The translations under genes were made by a program, and so were the position numbers. 39,102 nucleotides of DNA, from the NCBI GenBank assembly GCA_045655145.1, contig JAZOOW010000135.1, positions 1 through 39,102 of the forward strand. Reading direction: 5' to 3'. Shown piece after piece: positions 35,724-39,102 of this stretch. The notes below the pieces were generated by a model. The model saw only the letters and a program-made list of their open reading frames with translations. It was not told where the DNA came from and ran no database searches. Every line of letters begins with the position of its first letter. Position 1 is the stretch's first letter. The DNA comes from Eubacteriales bacterium. GTDB lineage: Bacteria > Bacillota > Clostridia > Oscillospirales > CAG-272.

Positions 35724-36638
35724 TTATGCTTCTTCTTTCTCGGTCTTGTGCGGATGAATGTTGATCAGGATGATGGCCGCGGTGACCATCAGGATACCGA
35801 TCACGCCGTAGATATCCAGGTCTTGGTGGAGAAAGATAAATCCAAACAGGGTTGCCGCAAGCGGCTCGGAGAAGGCAAGGATCGAGGCGGTGCTGGCACG
35901 GATCCCGGAAAGCCCCTTGGTATAGAAGAGATAGGGGCAGGCAGAGGTAACAAGACCGAACAGGACGAAGAGCAAGAGCGTCAAGAGAGGACTTTCCGAG
36001 TGCATGAGCTTTTCTGCAATGCCGACAGGGGAGACTGCAAAAAGCGAGGCAATGGCGGCAAAGGTGAAGGAAAATGTGATAAAGGTAAAGGAATCACGGC
36101 CGCCTTTTTTGATATACAGCGTGGTAAAGATACTGTACAGCGAGTAGGAAAAGCCGGACAAAACACCAAAGAGGATGCCGAGAGCATCAAGCTTAACACC
36201 GCCGGCAACACCCGAGACCAGGGAGCATCCCACCAGTGCTGTCAGAAAAGCGACGATCTTTTTCGCGCTCAGCCGCTCGGAAAAGAGAAAAAGCGACATG
36301 ATCATGACAAAAAAGGGAGCAGTGTTCAGAAGAATCGCACCGACGGCCGCCGATGTCATGGTGATGGAGAGATAATAGAAATAAGAAGCACCGAGCACGG
36401 CGCAAACGCCCGTGAGCGCGGTGAGCAGAAGGGTGTGCAGGGCAATACGGTAATAGCGGAACCCCCGTCCCTTGATGAGCAGGGTGATATGTAACAAAAT
36501 GGCACCAAAAACCATACGGATGGCGGTACAGTCGGTCGAGGAGAAGCCAAGATCCTCAAATGCATCAATAAACAGGCAAGAGGTCGCCCAAAAAATACCT
36601 GCCAAGATCACGCAGGCGGCAAACAGATTTTTCTTCAT
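35724..36638 (-). CDS. EamA/DMT-superfamily transporter (304 aa)
   Basis: Ten hydrophobic segments arranged as two EamA-like halves. Start set at the ATG at 36638, because the track's GTG at 36686 lies inside the predicted promoter. Confidence 0.8.
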   Translation of the reverse strand: MKKNLFAACVILAGIFWATSCLFIDAFEDLGFSSTDCTAIRMVFGAILLHITLLIKGRGFRYYRIALHTLLLTALTGVCAVLGASYFYYLSITMTSAAVGAILLNTAPFFVMIMSLFLFSERLSAKKIVAFLTALVGCSLVSGVAGGVKLDALGILFGVLSGFSYSLYSIFTTLYIKKGGRDSFTFITFSFTFAAIASLFAVSPVGIAEKLMHSESPLLTLLLFVLFGLVTSACPYLFYTKGLSGIRASTASILAFSEPLAATLFGFIFLHQDLDIYGVIGILMVTAAIILINIHPHKTEKEEA

Positions 36639-36676
36639 AGTCGCAAGCACTTTCCCTGAAAATTCATACAAGAGCC

Positions 36677-36705
36677 ATTGTAGCACGGAAGCCCTGTATT
36701 GTCAA
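36677..36705 (-). promoter_or_regulatory. Sigma-A type promoter for the EamA transporter gene
   Basis: On the minus strand: -35 TTGACA (36705-36700), 17-nt spacer, -10 TACAAT (36682-36677). Confidence 0.5.
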
Positions 36706-36746
36706 GAGGAAAAAGGAAAAACGCACCGCGGCAGCGGTGCGTTTTC
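36706..36746 (-). terminator. Rho-independent terminator of ddh-lysA
   Basis: ACGCACCGC (36721-36729) pairs with GCGGTGCGT (36734-36742). On the minus strand it is followed by TTTTTCCTTTTTCC. Confidence 0.6.
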
Positions 36747-36755
36747 AACCTCTTT

Positions 36756-38081
36756 TCAAATGTCAAGTGCCGTAATGTCGTCGGGGGTTTCTCGGCGTAC
36801 GGCAAGGTAAGAGTTCCCACCCGAAAGCATGACGATCGGGGGACGGGGAATACGGTTATAATTGGAAGCCATCGAGTAGTGATAAGCACCTGTCGTCAGT
36901 GTAGCGATCAGGTCTCCGCGCTTCATATCCGAGGGCATGGGGACGTTTTCGGCAATGATGTCACCGCTTTCACAGCAACGCCCTACCACCGAGCAGAGCA
37001 TGTCACAGGGGTCAAACATGCGCGTAGCAGGGAGGAGGGTATAGCGCGCGCCGTACAGCACAAAGCGCGGGCTGTCGGTCATGCCGCCGTCAACCGAGAG
37101 ATAATCCTTGTAGCCGGGGATGTGCTTGTGTGTGCCCACGGTGTAGAGCGTCATGCCGGCATCGGCTACGATGCTACGCCCGGGCTCCATGCAAATATCC
37201 GGCATGGGGATGTCATATTCACGCACCCTTTCATGGATGCGTGCACCGACCAAACGGATGTTCTCAGCAATATCAATGTAGGGATCGCTCGGCATATAGC
37301 GTACACCCCATCCGCCACCAAGATCAAGGACCTTGGTGACAAATCCAAAGCGCGCGCGCATATCTGCCACAAAGGCAAGCATGATATCAACGGTAGCCAG
37401 ATAGACCTCTGCATCAAAGACCTGAGAGCCTACGTGGCAATGGAAGCCCATGAGTGCAATATGCGAAAGGGAGAGAGCGGTTTTTGTGATCTCCTCGGCC
37501 TGCCCTGTTTCAATGGCAGAGCCGAATTTTGAGTCCACCTTGCCCGTGGCGACCGCTTCATAGGTGTGGGGGTCAATACCCGGTGTCAGGCGCAAAAGCA
37601 CCTGCTGGTGAATATCGGCCGCCTTTGCAATCTCATTGATGGCAAAAAGCTCCTCCACGTTGTCCACGACAAAGTAGCCGATCCCGTTTTCAATCGCATA
37701 GCGGATATCCGCATCGGTCTTGTTGTTGGAATGAAAATAGGCATGCTTAAGCGGGAAGCCTGCGCGGAGCGCGGTTGCGATCTCACCGGAGGACACCACA
37801 TCAATGCCCGCGCCCTCCTCGCGCATGATCTCATAGATCCGCTTGAAGGAGCAGGCCTTGGAAGCGTACAGAACGTGACCGCGTGTGCCAAAGACCCCAC
37901 GGAGAGTGTCACGGTAGGTGCGCACACGCTCGCGGATGCGGTCCTCGTCCATCAAGTACAGGGGCGTGCCGTACTCTGCGGCCAGTGCCGCCGTGTCCTG
38001 GCCTGCAAACAGGAGAACACCGTCCTCACGCACGGATACGTTTTGGCAAAGAAGATCTCTTTGTGTATCGGTAGCTATCAA
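36756..38081 (-). CDS. lysA: Diaminopimelate decarboxylase LysA (441 aa)
   Basis: Fold-III PLP decarboxylase with the PLP lysine in VLYASKACS. Also HCHVGSQ, GGGWGV, and the C-terminal CESGD motif. Confidence 0.9.
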   Translation of the reverse strand: MIATDTQRDLLCQNVSVREDGVLLFAGQDTAALAAEYGTPLYLMDEDRIRERVRTYRDTLRGVFGTRGHVLYASKACSFKRIYEIMREEGAGIDVVSSGEIATALRAGFPLKHAYFHSNNKTDADIRYAIENGIGYFVVDNVEELFAINEIAKAADIHQQVLLRLTPGIDPHTYEAVATGKVDSKFGSAIETGQAEEITKTALSLSHIALMGFHCHVGSQVFDAEVYLATVDIMLAFVADMRARFGFVTKVLDLGGGWGVRYMPSDPYIDIAENIRLVGARIHERVREYDIPMPDICMEPGRSIVADAGMTLYTVGTHKHIPGYKDYLSVDGGMTDSPRFVLYGARYTLLPATRMFDPCDMLCSVVGRCCESGDIIAENVPMPSDMKRGDLIATLTTGAYHYSMASNYNRIPRPPIVMLSGGNSYLAVRRETPDDITALDI

Positions 38082-38099
38082 GATATCGATCCTTTCTCG

Positions 38100-39077
38100 T
38101 TACAGCATTGTGGCACGTAGCTCCTCTGCCGACAGGGGAGAGAGGTCGGCGGGTGCTACGTCAAACATGGTCTTGCAGCCAACGTCACCGCGTGTTGCCA
38201 TTTTATGCACGGCACGGGCACAGGCCAGCAGAACAGAAGAAGTAAATTCCGGATTGGAGTCCAGCTTTAAGCTGTACTCGATCACGTGGCGGTGCTCACC
38301 GTTCCAGCCACTCTTTCCCGTGCGGATGACAAATCCGCCGTGGGGGATCGCACTGTGGTCGCGGCGGAGCTCCTCCTCGGTAATAAAATGCACCGTGGTA
38401 TCGTAATCGGCAAAGTAGTTGGGCATCTCGCAGATCTCGCGCTCAATACGTGCAAGATCGGCTCCCTCCTCGGCAACGACAAAGCATTCTCTGGTGTGCT
38501 TCTGCCGTGCAGTAAGCGAGGGCTCCTCACCTGTGCGTACGGCGGACAGTGCCTCCTCGATCGGCACGGTGTACTGGCGCGCATCGCGCACACCCGCCAC
38601 ACGGCGGATGGCATCCGAGTGGCCTTGGCTCACGCCGCGACCCCAGAAGGTGTAATCCTTTCCGTTTGGCAGAATGGCCGAGGCATACAGGCGGTTCAGC
38701 GAAAACATGCCGGGATCCCAGCCCGCCGAGATCAAGGCCACATGGCCCGAGGCCCGTGCCGCCGCATCGGTAGCGGCAAAGTGAGAAGGGATGGCTGCAT
38801 GGGTATCAAAGCTGTCCACCACGTTAAAGTGCCTAGCAAGCATCGGTGTCATTTCGGGCAGATCGGTGGCACTGCCACCGCAGAGGATCAAGACATCGAT
38901 CCGATCCTCGAAGGCAAGAATATCCTCGGCAGAATAAACCGGAACATCGGATGCGGTCTTTACCGACGCGGGATCGCGGCGGGTAAATACACCGATGAGC
39001 GTAGCATCCTCTGCAAAGTGCGCCGCGCATTCTACGCCGCGGCCGAGGTTTCCGTAACCGTAAATGGCAATATTCAT
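38100..39077 (-). CDS. ddh: meso-Diaminopimelate D-dehydrogenase (325 aa)
   Basis: The N-terminal Rossmann motif MNIAIYGYGNLGRGVE, the length, and internal motifs (GWDPGMFS, WGRGVSQGHSDA) fit Ddh. It lies 18 nt upstream of lysA on the same strand. Confidence 0.85.
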   Translation of the reverse strand: MNIAIYGYGNLGRGVECAAHFAEDATLIGVFTRRDPASVKTASDVPVYSAEDILAFEDRIDVLILCGGSATDLPEMTPMLARHFNVVDSFDTHAAIPSHFAATDAAARASGHVALISAGWDPGMFSLNRLYASAILPNGKDYTFWGRGVSQGHSDAIRRVAGVRDARQYTVPIEEALSAVRTGEEPSLTARQKHTRECFVVAEEGADLARIEREICEMPNYFADYDTTVHFITEEELRRDHSAIPHGGFVIRTGKSGWNGEHRHVIEYSLKLDSNPEFTSSVLLACARAVHKMATRGDVGCKTMFDVAPADLSPLSAEELRATML

Positions 39078-39102
39078 AGGTAGATCCTTTCTCGCTCAAT
39101 CC

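Overview
The window is a GC-rich chromosomal segment with a few AT-rich intergenic patches. It looks like a spore-forming Clostridia genome (Oscillospiraceae/Ruminococcaceae-like); this taxonomic guess is inference from gene content and sequence style only. I support about 30 protein genes, nearly all core housekeeping.

Gene content, in order:
- PRPP-synthetase-like 3' fragment
- 971-aa BspA-type leucine-rich-repeat lipoprotein
- orphan OmpR-family response regulator
- ychF
- comEC, a DAG-kinase-family lipid kinase, then recG-rarA (all minus strand)
- the conserved block yybS-like/gdpP/rplI/dnaB, fused directly to tilS and ftsH
- an AT-rich two-gene islet (AbrB/SpoVT-like plus XRE HTH, divergent)
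- a five-gene biotin-dependent Na+-decarboxylase-type operon
- yunB, an XRE-TPR regulator, a tyrosine recombinase, an unknown membrane protein, cwlD and radA
- an EF-G paralogue, an EamA transporter, and ddh-lysA

I saw no rRNA, intact tRNA, CRISPR array, transposase, reverse transcriptase or recognisable defence gene. Many long ORFs in the track are antisense shadows of real genes, as expected in GC-rich DNA.

I found no clear-cut novel system. The items most worth a second look are:
1. The decarboxylase operon encodes both a 12S-type acyl-CoA carboxyltransferase (with degenerate glycine motifs) and a 5S/OadA-type carboxyltransferase, next to a single biotin carrier and the membrane pump subunits.
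2. The EF-G paralogue has its catalytic His replaced (DVPGY instead of DxPGH) and NKxD changed to NRFD.
3. The AbrB/XRE islet has face-to-face overlapping promoters and sits next to a structured intergenic element containing a tRNA T-arm-like fragment.
4. A perfect 20-bp palindrome lies in the decarboxylase operon leader.

All product calls come from motif recognition by eye. No database search was run.
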